A DNA stretch of 64,000 bases. Origin: Azolla caroliniana (taxonomy: Eukaryota; Plantae; Polypodiophyta). Location of the stretch: positions 5,890,001 to 5,954,000 of the forward strand of contig JBHGNT010000003.1 of assembly GCA_043228905.1 (NCBI GenBank), in the 5' to 3' direction. Position numbers and translations under genes: made by a program. Below the pieces are notes generated by a model. The model was given only the letters and a program-made list of their open reading frames with translations. It was not told the origin of the DNA and ran no database searches. Shown in pieces: positions 50,601 through 62,769 of this stretch (position 1 is its first letter; each line of letters opens with the position of its first letter).

Positions 50601-53600
50601 CCGGCATCCGTCCGGCCCGAGTGTCTCGTCTTTCTCTTCTACTGGGCACCCCTTTATCGGGATATCGTCTAGAAACGGCATGGTGATGTACAGGATGCAA
50701 TCCCTCAGTACTTTGTTCATTGCATTCACCATGTGGGCCACCGAGTTGGTCCCTCCTTGTGGCATGGTACACATTCGCACTAGGCCGAGGGGAGTTCACA
50801 TCGTCGTAATGTCTCTGCTCTCCACGGCTAGCTGGAACTGGTCGTACCCCGAGTACAAATCACCGACCGAGTAAATCGACATTCGGAACATACCGGTATC
50901 GTCCGGTCTTCGTTAAGGTCTTCTCCGGCTACCTCCCTCAGCATTCCCAAGGTGTCGTCGAAGGAGACCGCCTCCATGGCTCCGCTGATTTCCTCGTCCG
51001 GGCCAAGAACTCCACACGCTCGAAGTCGCTCCTCCGCCCTTGCCTTTTCTCGGCCAACGATGCCGACCATCACACACCCTCCGTCGTTGGAGAAGCAAAA
51101 TTTCCTACCTATCGTACAAGGTTTCTTCGGTTTCGGTTCTATCGTACAGCTGTGGGGTCTTTCTCGAGTGTCCGGACTGCCTCGGCCCCACGCCTTGGCA
51201 GCCCTCTCTAAAAATCCTCCCGGTTCTCGCCACCGAGGGATTCGCGGTTTCGCTCGTGGTTCGGCCGCACCGTCAGAAATTGGACCGAATGGCGCCCGTC
51301 CTAGCTTTTGACCCTCGCGTAGGCCGAACCGTTGTCTAGCACCTTGGTCTCCATTCGCGCCGCCGTGATGTATGGATCCCCTAATATGACCGGGTGCGAG
51401 GATGTCTCCTGTACGAAGAAGTGCTGGTCAATCTCGACGTCGCCGATCTTGACTCGCACGTTCGGGCAGGCCCCGTGTAGTTCCTCGGTGGCGCGCGTCG
51501 CCGCCCGTATCTTCCACCCGTGCTTGGTGTTGATCGGCCACTTTCCCTTCTTATAGAAGTCCATGGACATCAGGTTTATTTCCGAACCGTGGTCCACTAG
51601 TGCCACCACCGGTTCCTGAACATCTCCGATCTTTACCGAGGTCTCCGTGGTCGCTCGGGCCCAGTGTGGCCTCGAATAGTGGCTCTCCGCCCACTCATCT
51701 TCCAGTGCCATGTCGTCGATGTGCATCGTCCGCACCTCCACCGGTCTTTCCGGTTCCGTCTCCGTCGATAGCCTCTTCCGCTTCACCAAGTCCACAATGG
51801 AGTCATGGAACTCCTTCTTAGCGATCCCTAGCACCTCCCGCAATGACAACTCCACTTTGCTGTCGAGGATCCGTTCTTCTAGGACCTTTCGTAGGTCCGT
51901 GGCCCTTTCTATTTCCGTCCCCAGTCGGTATCCGCCCTTCCTGGGGTTATCTTGCGCGCTGGACCCACCGGCTTCGTTCCGTCGTTGCCCGAATCGGGTC
52001 TCGCATCGTTGTGAGGGCCCGGCCGCTCCGGCTTTCCCCACTTGTTTGTCTTCTACCAGAGCCTCGTAGTTCCGGCAGGCGGCTTCTACGAAGCCCATCT
52101 TCTCCTCGACCGGGTCGCTCCACCCGGTTATTTCCCGGACCCGTCTCTCAGCGCGGTCCGCTTCATCTTTCCTCAGCCGTGCGCCGGCGAGGCCTTCCAG
52201 CATTGCCGACCAGAATCCGTCTTTGCTCTCCTTTCGGGCCTCGCTGCCCCCGACCCGAATACCGGCCGACGCCGAGTAGTGGATGGCCTCCACGTGTCGG
52301 GCCGCTGCCTCTTCCATCAGTCTCTTCATACCTCCTCGCCTGTCGTTTCGGTTTAGGGCCCTTCTGGTATCGCCGACATGCACCCGGCCTTCCCACAGGT
52401 ACACCACCCGGTTCCTCAACGCCTATGCGAAATCGCCGCAGTCCTTCCGAATGTGGCCGACCTCGTCGCACCACATGCACCTGTTCCCTGATGCCGGCCG
52501 TCGGTCACGAGCCGGTTCGCCACCTTCCCTTCGAGACTGGGCGATCTGGAGATCCTTTATCGCCCGTGTCAACTCCTCCAGCGCTGCTCCTCCGGACGAG
52601 TCATTGACCATGCCGGTCGAAGCCGAACCGCTTTCGAGCCACTCCCGGGTCTCTGCCCTTCGCCCTTGTGGTGCCGGTTCAAGCCTCTTTGCTGTGACAG
52701 AGCCCGCTTCGGTCGCCCCGTTGTCAGCCCATTCTCGCCGTTTGTCGAAACGGCCACAAACTCTCTTAACCGCAACCCAGTCGGTCGTCAACCCGTCTTC
52801 GGTTTCTAGCAAGGAGCCGACTTGATCCCGGTCCCGCTCGTCCACCGACTTGACGAACAGTAGGACCCGGCTCATAACCAGAACGGTTCGGTCAAGCGCC
52901 GAAAGGCGCGCAAAGTGTTCCTCAAACTCCCGGAGAGTGCCGACGCGTTTCTTCCCTTGCCGGGGGACTCCACCCATTCCATGAAGTCCCGTTTCGAAAG
53001 CCGGAGCGCGTCGTCCAGCCCGTATTTTTCTAGGAGTCGGCCTTCGAACTCCTCCCAGGTACGGCTCTCCGCCCGTACCTCGAGCACCTCCGCATGGATG
53101 CTCGGCATCGCCACTCGAGGGAACCCGGCAAGACGCCTCTCTTCCGGAATGTCCCGCATCAGCATTTCTGCCCCGTAGGACGCCAATACTTCGTAGCATC
53201 CTTTCCGCTGAACCGGCCGATCGTACCGACGACCACCTCAATGGCTCTGTCGAGGGCGCCAGTGCCCTCGCGCGTGCTCAATATCCAATCCACGGCCGAA
53301 GCCATGGCCTCCGCAAGATCCGACCCCTTCATCTTCTGCTCTTCTGCCGCCTCCTTCACGTCGGGTTCACCAAGATGTCGAGGTATTCCTCGCGGATGCG
53401 TGGAATGAGGCGGGGCCTAGGGGGTCTTGTACCGAAGAGCAAGAGACAAAGGAGAAGGGAAGGGACCCACTACGTGCGAGCGTAGATCCACAGGGACATG
53501 GCCCTTCGACACAAAGACGCGAGCGGGAAACCGACATAGAGAGACACGAAGGTATGTATGTATATATTAACAGAGACGAACAACAAGAAGCACGAAGTCG

Positions 53601-54021
53601 GTTACAACCGAACAGGCCGGCGAACGGATGCCGATGCCTGTTCGTAAACGCTCAGAAAGAAAGGAGTAGGTTGGAAGTGCTGCCGGAAGCACTCGGGCAT
53701 TCCTCAGAGCAGAGCGAGCCTCCCCCGAAACCCTGCACAGAAAGAAGCTACGGAGTATGGAAGAGAGAGAAGCCTTCGGTCCACAACCCGACAGCACTTC
53801 GTCCTCTCTCCGCGCGATCCCTTCCTCTTCCCCGTCTCCCTTCTTTTATAGGCAAGAAAGGAGCCGTTTCCCATTAACTTCCTACCTACCGAATCTACCT
53901 ACCTCGGATCTTCTATGTACCTAATTCTCTCTTATGTGCTACATAAGACGCACGTGCATGAAGAGCCGGTTCCTACGCTCTGGTGCACCGATTCCGCTTG
54001 TGGACGGTTTTCTTCACGACA
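47643..54021 (-). mobile_element. Ty3/Gypsy LTR retrotransposon with tRNA-Trp PBS and internal RT deletion
   Basis: 646-bp LTRs 47643-48288 and 53376-54021 (~7 mismatches); PBS TGGTGAACCCGACGTGA (53356-53372), complementary to the 3' end of plant tRNA-Trp; PPT GGTGGGGGCGGA; domain order gag-PR-RT-RH-INT. Confidence 0.93.
48362..53359 (-). pseudogene. Disrupted Gypsy gag-pol
   Basis: gag with CMWCDEVGHIRKDC; protease ALVDHGSEINLM; RT DLYSGYDQF..MPQGGTNS..FLDDIP (N-terminal RT apparently deleted near 50880); RNase H ..NAMADMLSR; integrase HDSPWAGH..CKSC..DDE; no chromodomain seen; several frameshifts/stops. Confidence 0.88.
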
Positions 54022-54773
54022 GCGTGGCGAGCTGCCGCTTCTTCCATCAGCCGTTTCATACCCCCTCATCCGACATTCAGGTCCAGGGCCCTTCGGGTCT
54101 CGCTAGCGTGCACCCGACCGTTCCATAGGTACACTACGTTGGCTCTCATTGCCTCGGCGAAGTCCCCTTAGTCCTTCCGGACGTGGTCGACCGCGTCGCA
54201 CCTCAAACACTGGTTTCCAGCTAGAGGCCTTCGGTCACGGGCCTGTTCGCCGCCGTCCCTCCGTGCTTATGCAATCTAGAGGTCCTTATCCATCCTAGTC
54301 AGCTCCTCTAAAGCTGCTCCTCCGGACGAGCCTTTGACCATGCCGGTGGAAGTCGATCCGGTCTCGAGCCAGTCTCGGGTCTCTTCCCTTCGCGCTGGCG
54401 GGGTTGGCTCGAGTTTCCTTGCCGCTATAGAGCCCGCCCCTATTGATTCTTTATTGACCCACTCTCGCCGTTTGTCGAAACGGCCACAGACTCTCTTCAC
54501 CATGGCCCAGTCGGCCATCAGCCCATCATCAATCTCCAGTAGGAGACCCACTTGCTCCCGGTCCCTCGCATCCACCAACTTAACGAACAGCAGGACGCGA
54601 CTTGTGTCTAGTACGGTCCGGTTAAGCGCTGAAAGACGCGCAAAGCGTTCTTCAAACTCCCAGAGGAGCACTGACGCGTTTCTCCCCTTTTCGGGGGTCT
54701 CTACCCATTCCATGAAGTCCCGTTTCGAGAGCCGAAGCGCGTCATCAAGCCCGTATTTTTCAAGGAGGCGACC

Positions 54774-57700
54774 TGTTAGGAATTGACGCTTTCAATTTCT
54801 TCACCTCTCGGCCACAACCAAGGAAACACGAATCGATGCAGCAGAAAATCGAAAAACACAAAGAGAGACTCGAATGCACAGGGTTTAACGTGGAAAACCC
54901 TAGACGGGAAAAACCACGGGAGTGCAAGACTCCAACTATCACTATACGCAGGGAATGTACAATGGCGAGCTGCAAGGCGACGACCTTGAGCTCGCTGTCC
55001 TCGCCACAGGCGACGGTATTACACAGAGGCGTCGACCTCTTCCTTTCTCTCTCTCTCTCTCACTCTCTCTCTCTAAGTGGAAAACAGGAAAATGAGCAAC
55101 AACAACAAAACTGTTTGCCCTAAGTCATATTTATACACATATGACTTTCGGGCTATTTACAGATATAGCCTCAAGGGCCCTTGGCAAACATATTCACAAA
55201 TATGTCCCCGCATCCGGATCTCTCTCCGGGTACATTCGTCATCCGGCTCCGTAGCCGGGGTCTTCATCATCCGGCTCCGATACCGGGTACTCCTCATTCG
55301 GGTCTTCATTCCCGATTCCTGGACATCCGACCATCCCATCCGGAGGGACCGTAATCCCAACAAACTACCCCTTCACTTCGGCATGGGATGTCTTTCCAGT
55401 CCGACCCTCTTCCGGCACGCTTCCAGCTTGTCAGGTGTGAGCACTTTGGTCAGCATATCTGACCCGTTCTCGTCCGTGTGGATCTTCGTCAGCACGAACT
55501 CCTGGTCTTCTATCCTTTCCCAGATCTAGTGATATCTTCGCTGGATGTGCTTCGTCCGGGAGTGATAGGCCACGTTCTTCGCAAGGTGGATGGCACTCTG
55601 ACTGTCGCAGTAGAGTCAGTACTCCTCCTGCCGGATACCAAGCTCTCTAATGAAGTCCTTCATCCATATTATTTCCTTGCCGGCTTCAACAACCGCCATG
55701 TATTCCGCCTCCGTGGTTGACAACGCAACCATCTTCTGCAGCCTCGACTGCCACGAAACAGCTCCCCCTGCATACGTCATCACATACCCTGATGTGGACC
55801 GGCTGGTATCTGCATCAGCCGACATATCCGAATCGGTAAAGCCGTCGAGTTCGGGCTTACCGGAGCCGAATCGGAGGCACACGTTTGCCGTGCCCTTCAG
55901 GTATCGGAGTATCCACTTGGCCGCGTTCCAGTGCTCTTTGCCGGGATTGCTCATGTACCGGCTCACCACTCCGACTGCATATCCTATGTCCGGTCTTTTA
56001 CACACCATTGCGTACATCAAGCTTCCGACGGCAGAGGCATATGGTACTTTCATCATGTCCTCCTTCTCAGCCTTTGTCTTGGGGCTTTGCTTGCTGGACA
56101 ACTTGCAGTTTGCCGGGAGGGTTGACCCGACCGGTCTTGCTTCCGACATGTTGAACCGGTGAAGCACCTTTGTCACGTACTTCTCCTGTGACAACCACAA
56201 CTGCTTCTTCTTCCGGTCCCGGATGATGTGCATCCCTAGTATTTGCCTCGCCGGACCCAGGTCCTTCATTGAGAAGGTTCGGTGAAGCGCTTTCTTCAGC
56301 TTCTGTATCTTGACCTAGTCCCGTCCGACGATCAACATGTCGTCCACGTACAGGAGGAGTATTAGAAAGTCTCCTCCTTCGAACTTCTTCACAAACACGC
56401 AGTGATCGGACTGCGTTTTGTGGTAACCTTCGTCGGTCATGAAAGAGTCGAACTTCCGGTACCATTGCTGGGGAGCCTGCTTCAGTCCGTAAAGGCTCTT
56501 CTTCAACCGGCATACCAGGTGCTCCTTCCCTTTCTTCTCGAATCCTTCCGGTTGCTGCATGTAGATCTCTTCTTCGAGGTCACCGTGAAGGAATGCCGTC
56601 TTCATGTCCATCTGTTCTACCTCGAGGTCCATGCTTGCCGCTATGCTCAGCACCGTCCGGATGGAGGTCATCTTCACTACCGGGGCAAATATCTCGTCGA
56701 AGTCGACGCCCTTCTTCTGCTGGAACCCCTTCACCACGATCCTGGCTTTGTATCTCGGGGGGTTTCCGGCATCTCCCGGTTTCAGCTTGAACACCCACTT
56801 GTTTCGAAGTGCCCGCTTTCCTTTCGTCAACTCCACAAGTTCATATGTGTGGTTCTCATGCAGAGAATCCATCTCCTCCTGCATGGCACTTAACCACCTG
56901 CGGCTATGGGTGTCAAGCTTTGCTTCTTCAAAACTCTCCGGCTCCCCTTCGTCGGTTAGCAGCACGTGCTCTGGTTCCGGAAATCTCTGGGGGGCCCTTC
57001 TCTCTCTTAGAGGATATCTCCGTTCTGGAGCTTCGGTAACCGGCTCCTCCGTTTCCTCTTCATCCGAATCCATTTCGGGATCGGGGCCGGTTCCGGTATC
57101 AGTTTCATCTTCCTCGGCCGGTTCTGTTTCTTCACCGTCTTCGGCCGGATCCTCGAGTGCTAACCGGTCCCTTTCCGGTCGGGACTGCTCCTCGTAGAGT
57201 TGATCCTCACTGGTCGACTTGGAGCTCTTCATCTTCTTCTCCGACTCCCAGTCGGCGAGTGTCTTGTCCTCCATGAAGATGATATCACGACTCCGGAATA
57301 TCCTTTTGTCGACCGGGTCCCATACACGGTAGCCGAACTCGTCATCGCCGTAACCGAGGAATATGCATGGCCGGGTCTTTGGATCTAGCTTTCCTCTCCA
57401 GTCCTTTGCCACATGCACATATGCAAGACACCCGAACACCTTCAGATGCCGGTAGGATACTTCCCTACCGGTCCACACTCTCTGCGGCGTGTCTCCGTCC
57501 AAAGGTACTGAGGGTGATCTGTTTATCACGTATGTCGCCGTCGACATTGCCTCAGCTCAAAACCCCTTGGGTAATTTCGCATGCGCCAGCATACTCCGGA
57601 CCCTCTCCATTATGGTCCGGTTCATCCTCTCGGCCAGCCCGTTCAGATTCGGCGTCTTCGGCACAGTAAACTCGAGTTGGATTCCCTTTGAGCGACAATA

Positions 57701-60070
57701 CTCCTCGAACTGCCCTCGGTATTCCCCTCCGTTATCCGCTCGTATCGCTTTCAGCTTCTTGCCGGATTCCCTTTCCACTCTCGCGTGGAGTTCTTTGAAG
57801 ACACACAACACTTGGTCCTTTGTCTTCAACGGTGCCGTCCACAGGTTCCGGCTGTGGTCATCAATGAATGTCACGAAGTACTGGGCTCCGCCATGTGACT
57901 TCGTTTCTACTTGACACACGTCAGTGTGCACCAACTCCAATGGTGCGCTACGTCTCATCAGTGGCCTTGAGTGGAAGGAGGTTCAGTTCTGCTTACCGGC
58001 CAGGCAATCGGTGCACTTCTCCAGGTGCACATGCTTCACTGGAATAAGGTTGTCTTCTGCAAGCCTCTTCATCCCCTTCTCACTCATGTGGCACAGTCTC
58101 TTGTGCCACAGCTCACCGGCAGTGTCGGCTGCCACGTTCAACTCCTCCGGACACAACCAGGCATTCATAAGGTACAATGTGTTGACTTTCCGGGCCCGAG
58201 CCACTATCAGGCTCCCCTTGCTGAACTTCATTACGCCGTTCCGGATGCTACCTGTGTAGCCTTCATCGTCTAGCCTCCCGGCCGAAATCAGGTTCAATCG
58301 AACCTCCGGAACGTGTCGAACATCCTTCAGCAACATTTTGCATCCGGTCGAGGTTGTCAACCACACGTCTCCTATGCCGGCAATCTGGCACGTACCTTCA
58401 TTTCCCATCCGAACACAGCCATGCTCACCGGCTGTGTAGGATGAGAAGTATCTTCTTTCCGGGGTCAGGTGGAACGACGCTCCGGAATCGACCACCCAGG
58501 TAGTCTCATCGCCGGCAATGTTTAGTTCACCTTCTTCGGTGATGAGCATGATCTCCTCTTCACTTGCCGCGAGTGCCGTCGTTCCTTTCCGGTCCTGCTC
58601 TCGTCGATCTGAACCATTCCGGTCCGGGGCTCCCCGGTAAGCACCGTTCCGTTCCGAAGACTTCTTCGAATCGGTGTCGTCGGCTCCGTTGTCTTTTCGG
58701 TAATGCCGACAATTCTTTCGGAAGTGCCCTGGCTTCCCACAGTGGAAGCCTGTGGGCCTTCCTCTTGACTGCGACCGGGTCCCCGACTTCTCCCGTCTTT
58801 GCGGACTCCGGTTCCGTTGTCTTCCCCGATCCGATTCGGTAAGCAGCATCTTCGGATCGGAGGCCGGTTCTTTATCTCTCCGACGCGCTTCTTCGTTCAA
58901 AATGCTTGTCTTTACCGTTTGTAGGGACAAGTTATCTTCGGTGCAGGAGGTGCTGAGAGTCACCACCAAGTTCTCCCAGCTTGCCGGCAATGTACACATC
59001 AGGATGATGGCTTGCATTGCATCCTCCAACGGGAACTTGATCGCCGCAAGCTGGTTCACGAATCCCATGAACGTGCTTACGTGTTCCACCATACTCTCGC
59101 CGTCCCGGTACTTGAGGTTCACTATCTTCCTCATCAGGGAGGTCCGGTTCAACGCATTCTTCCTCTCGTAGAGGCCCGACAGCTTCTGCCACATCTCATA
59201 TGCGTTGGTGTCGTTCGCCACATGTTGTAGAACGCTCACGTCGACGTATTGCCGAATGGTTGCAACGGCTTTCCGGTTCAGAAGCCTCCATTCCGTCTCA
59301 AGTACCCCCTTGGGTATTTCCGACTTGTCGATCGGTTCATACAGGTCCCGAACAATGAGCAGATCCTCCATCTTTATCTTCCAGTCGGCGTAGTTCTGCG
59401 CATTCAGCACTATCATCCCCGGTTGCCCGCTGCTGCCGCCTTCCATTTTCTGCACTGCACTCGCTCTGATACCAGTTTGTTAGGAATTGATGCTTTCAAT
59501 TTCTTCACCTCTCGGCCACAACCGAGGAAACACGAATCGATGCAGCAGAAAATCGAAAAACACAAAGAGAGACTCGAATGCACAGGGTTTAACGTGGAAA
59601 ACCCTAGACGGGAAAAACCACGGGAGTGCAAGACTCCAACTATCACTATACGCAGGGAATGTACAATGGCAAGCTGCAAGGCGACGACCTTGAGCTCGCT
59701 GTCCTCGCCACAGGCGGCGGTATTACACAGAGGCGTCGACCTCTTCCTTTCTCTCTCTCTCTCTCTCTCACTCTCTCTCTCTAAGTGGAAAACAGGAAAA
59801 TGAGCAACAACAACAAAACTGTTTGCCCTAAGTCATATTTATACACATATGACTTTCGGGCTATTTACAGATATAGCCTCAAGGGCCCTTGGCAAACATA
59901 TTCACAAATATGTCCCCGCATCCGGATCTCTCTCCGGGTACATTCGTCATCCGGCTCCGTAGCCGGGGTCTTCATCATCCGGCTCCGATACCGGGTACTC
60001 CTCATTCGGGTCTTCATTCCCGATTCCCGGACATCCGACCATCCCATCCGGAGGGACCGTAATCCCAACA
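54774..60070 (-). mobile_element. Full-length Ty1/Copia LTR retrotransposon nested in Gypsy gag
   Basis: LTRs 54774-55362 (589 bp) and 59478-60070 (593 bp), ~5 substitutions plus a CT-tract indel; TSD CGACC (54769-54773 / 60071-60075); iMet PBS at 59462-59474; PPT GAAGGGGTAGTT. Confidence 0.95.
55373..59455 (-). pseudogene. Copia gag-pol in one frame broken only by five nonsense codons
   Basis: ORF-track pieces share one frame; stops at 57983, 57557, 56315, 55616 and 55526; motifs WVVDSGAS, DVCQV..ADNGGEY..AERMNRT, LYVDD, GFTDSD. Confidence 0.9.
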
Positions 60071-61840
60071 CGACCTTCAAACTCTTCCCAGGTCCGGCTC
60101 TCAGCCCGTACCTCGAGCACCTCTGCATGGATGCCCGGCATCACCACCCGAGGGAATCCGGTCAATCGCCTTTCTTTTGGAATGTCTCTCATTACCATCT
60201 CGGCCCGGTAGGCCTCCAAATAGCTCGTGGCGTCCTTCCCACCGAACCGGCCTATCGTGCCGATGACCGCTTCAATAACCCTATCGAGGGTGCTTGCACC
60301 TTCGCACGCACTCACTATCCGGTCCACAGCCGAAGCCATGGATTCCGCGAGATCCGACCCCCTCATCTTTCTATTCCTTTGCCGCCTGTTCACGTCGGGT
60401 TCACCAAATATGTCACGTTGCTACGCGCGTGCGTGGAGAACGAGGCGGGACCACCGGGGTCTTGAACCAAGAAAAAAAAGCTGAGAAGGAGGAAAACGGG
60501 AAGGCAACAGACGCACTTGCACACGCACAGACACGAGAGCACACAGGAATCACAGTTCAACAACATAGCAAAACGAGACGACTAGAAGTCCGAGTATAAG
60601 AACACGTATGTATACAAATATATATATATATCAAGACGATTACAGCTTAGCATGTCTGCAAGGCGAACACCGCCGCCTGTTCACTCGCGTGCAGAAGAGC
60701 AAGATGGAGACTCTGCTGGAAGCACACAGGCGTTCCACGGAGCAGAGTCAGCCTCCTGAAAACCTGCGCAAAAATGGCTATGGAGAGTGGCAGAGGAGAA
60801 GGGCTCAGTCCCAGTCCAGCAGCACTTCGTCCTCTCTAACGCGCGATACCCTTTCCCATTCCTCTCCCTCTCTTTTATAGCCCAAGGAGGGAGGCCGTTA
60901 CATCACATTAATTATCTGTCCTTTCGGACATAGATACACCTCGATTCTCTCCCTATTTAATGCGTGCTACCTAGGATTTCTTCGTAGCCGACTTGTACCT
61001 ACCTACTTACCATACAACGAAAAGTGTGCTCGCGTGTAAGGGCTGGTTTACACACGCTAAACTCAGTTTCCACCTAGGGACGGTTTTCTTCACGACAGCG
61101 GATAGCAGCACTAACAAAAAGAACGGAAAAGACCTTTCCAGACCGGTGGCTCATGGAAATGACTGTTAAGCGTTGGGATAAGAACACAACCAGTCACGAA
61201 TAAGAACGCATCAACAAGGACATAGTACGAAGAGGAAACGACAAGAGGAAAGGAAAGGAAAGAGACGACCAAATGTGAAAGGCCCATACCCTAAACATGA
61301 AAGCTATATAAACCACTTAGTAGTGGCTTTGTGGGGGTTCTCCCATTTGTAAAGATCTCCTATTGATTAGAGCTAGAGCTTCCTCTCCTCTTCTTGTAAA
61401 CCTTTGAGCTTAAGAGAGATTAGTGAAGTGTTGAGTTAGAGAACACTAATCTCTCTCCTTGTTGGTGCTAGACCTCTTAGCAAAGAGGGTTAATAATAGA
61501 CATACTCTTGCTTCTTATTGTCTATATCTATTGATCTATTGTCTATGAGAGAGAGCTTGAGAGAGTGAGAGAGATATCTGCTTAATCATTTACTAATCGT
61601 TGAGTGAGTGTGAGGCTCGGAGGTATCCGACAACCATCTCCGCCCGATTCGCCATCAAGAGGGTATATGCCAGTCCGAATCCCGCCACGACATTGAGGAG
61701 CTTACTCCATCGATACATAGATCCTTAACATCTATTTGGCGCCGTTGCCGGGGATGCGATCGACGCTTGAAGCCTATTTTCGAGTAGTCAAAAACTCGGA
61801 GGCAAACCACTCAACAAAGGAAGAAATCGCAAGAGAACCA

Positions 61841-62216
61841 CCATTTTCTGTTTTTTTTCATCATTTCATAGTTTAATTAAGTTCCATTTTCTGTTTTTTT
61901 CATCATTTCATAGTTTAATTAAGTTCCACTTTATGTTTTTTTCATCATTTCATAGTTTAATTAAGTTCCATTTTCTGTTTTTTCATCATTTCATAGTTTA
62001 ATTAAGTTCCACTTTCTGGTTTTTTCATCATTTCATAGTTTAATTAAGTTCCATTTTCTGTTTTTTCATCATTTCATAGTTTAATTAAGTTCCATTTTCT
62101 GTTTTTTTCATCATTTCATAGTTTAATTAAGTTCCACTTTCTGTTTTTTTATCATTTCATAGTTTAATTAAGTTCCATTTTCCGTTTTTCTCATTATTCC
62201 ATAGGTTAATTAAGTC
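61841..62216. repeat. Tandem array, nine 41-43-bp units
   Basis: Unit CCATTTTCTG(T)6-8CATCATTTCATAGTTTAATTAAGTT; last copy degenerate. Confidence 0.95.
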
Positions 62217-62385
62217 AATTTTTTGTTCATTCGCTCGGTTAACATTAAACATTGTGAAGATTAGGCCGTTACGGGGCAAGCATAATCACTGCGAGTCTCG
62301 CGGCTTACGATCACTCCACAGGTCACAAAGCGATCGTTGACGCCAAAAAGTTTGAATTTCCCACACAAAGCTCGTCGAAAGAACA

Positions 62386-62600
62386 ACCTTCGACGAATCT
62401 TAATCCTTCGACGAAGATTCAACCTTCGACGAACCCTAAACCCTTCGACGAAGATTCAACCTTCGATGAAGATTCAACCTTCGACGAAGATTCAACCTTC
62501 GACGAAGATTCAACCCTTCGACGAAGATTCATCCTTCGACGAAGATTCAACCCTTCGACGAATCTTCATCCTTCGACGAAGGTTCAACCTTCGACTAACC
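62386..62600. repeat. Tandem array, about twelve 18-19-bp units with a palindromic core
   Basis: Unit CAACCTTCGACGAAGATT; the core CTTCG-A-CGAAG is self-complementary. Confidence 0.95.
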
Positions 62601-62769
62601 TATAAAAACTTGACCAGAAAACATGGTCGGATCCTCATGGACAGAAATGTTCAAAACCTGACCCGCAAGCCTAGAGGAGTCCACGCAAACCAACCAAACC
62701 CACGATGCCGTCCCACCTAACCCGATTCAGTACCACGGAGGGTGGCTAACTCCGGGGATACTACCAAAC

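Larger units (their letters stand above)
54022..61097 (-). mobile_element. 5' part of a second, diverged tRNA-Trp-primed Gypsy (5' LTR plus gag), interrupted by a Copia and truncated at 54022
   Basis: LTR 60411-61097 shares the terminal GGACGGTTTTCTTCACGACA with the first family; identical Trp PBS at 60390-60406; gag 60393-60071 resumes at 54773-54022, homologous to 53359-52290. Confidence 0.85.

Noticed and set aside
47834-60465. Many overlapping 60-250-aa ORFs on both strands within the retrotransposon nest
   Set aside because: Shadow frames of GC-rich gag-pol and LTR sequence, duplicated along with the LTRs; no independent evidence.
61841-62600. CRISPR-like appearance of the two repeat arrays
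   Set aside because: Units are head-to-tail with no unique 25-45-nt spacers, no cas genes, and they lie in a plant retrotransposon leader.
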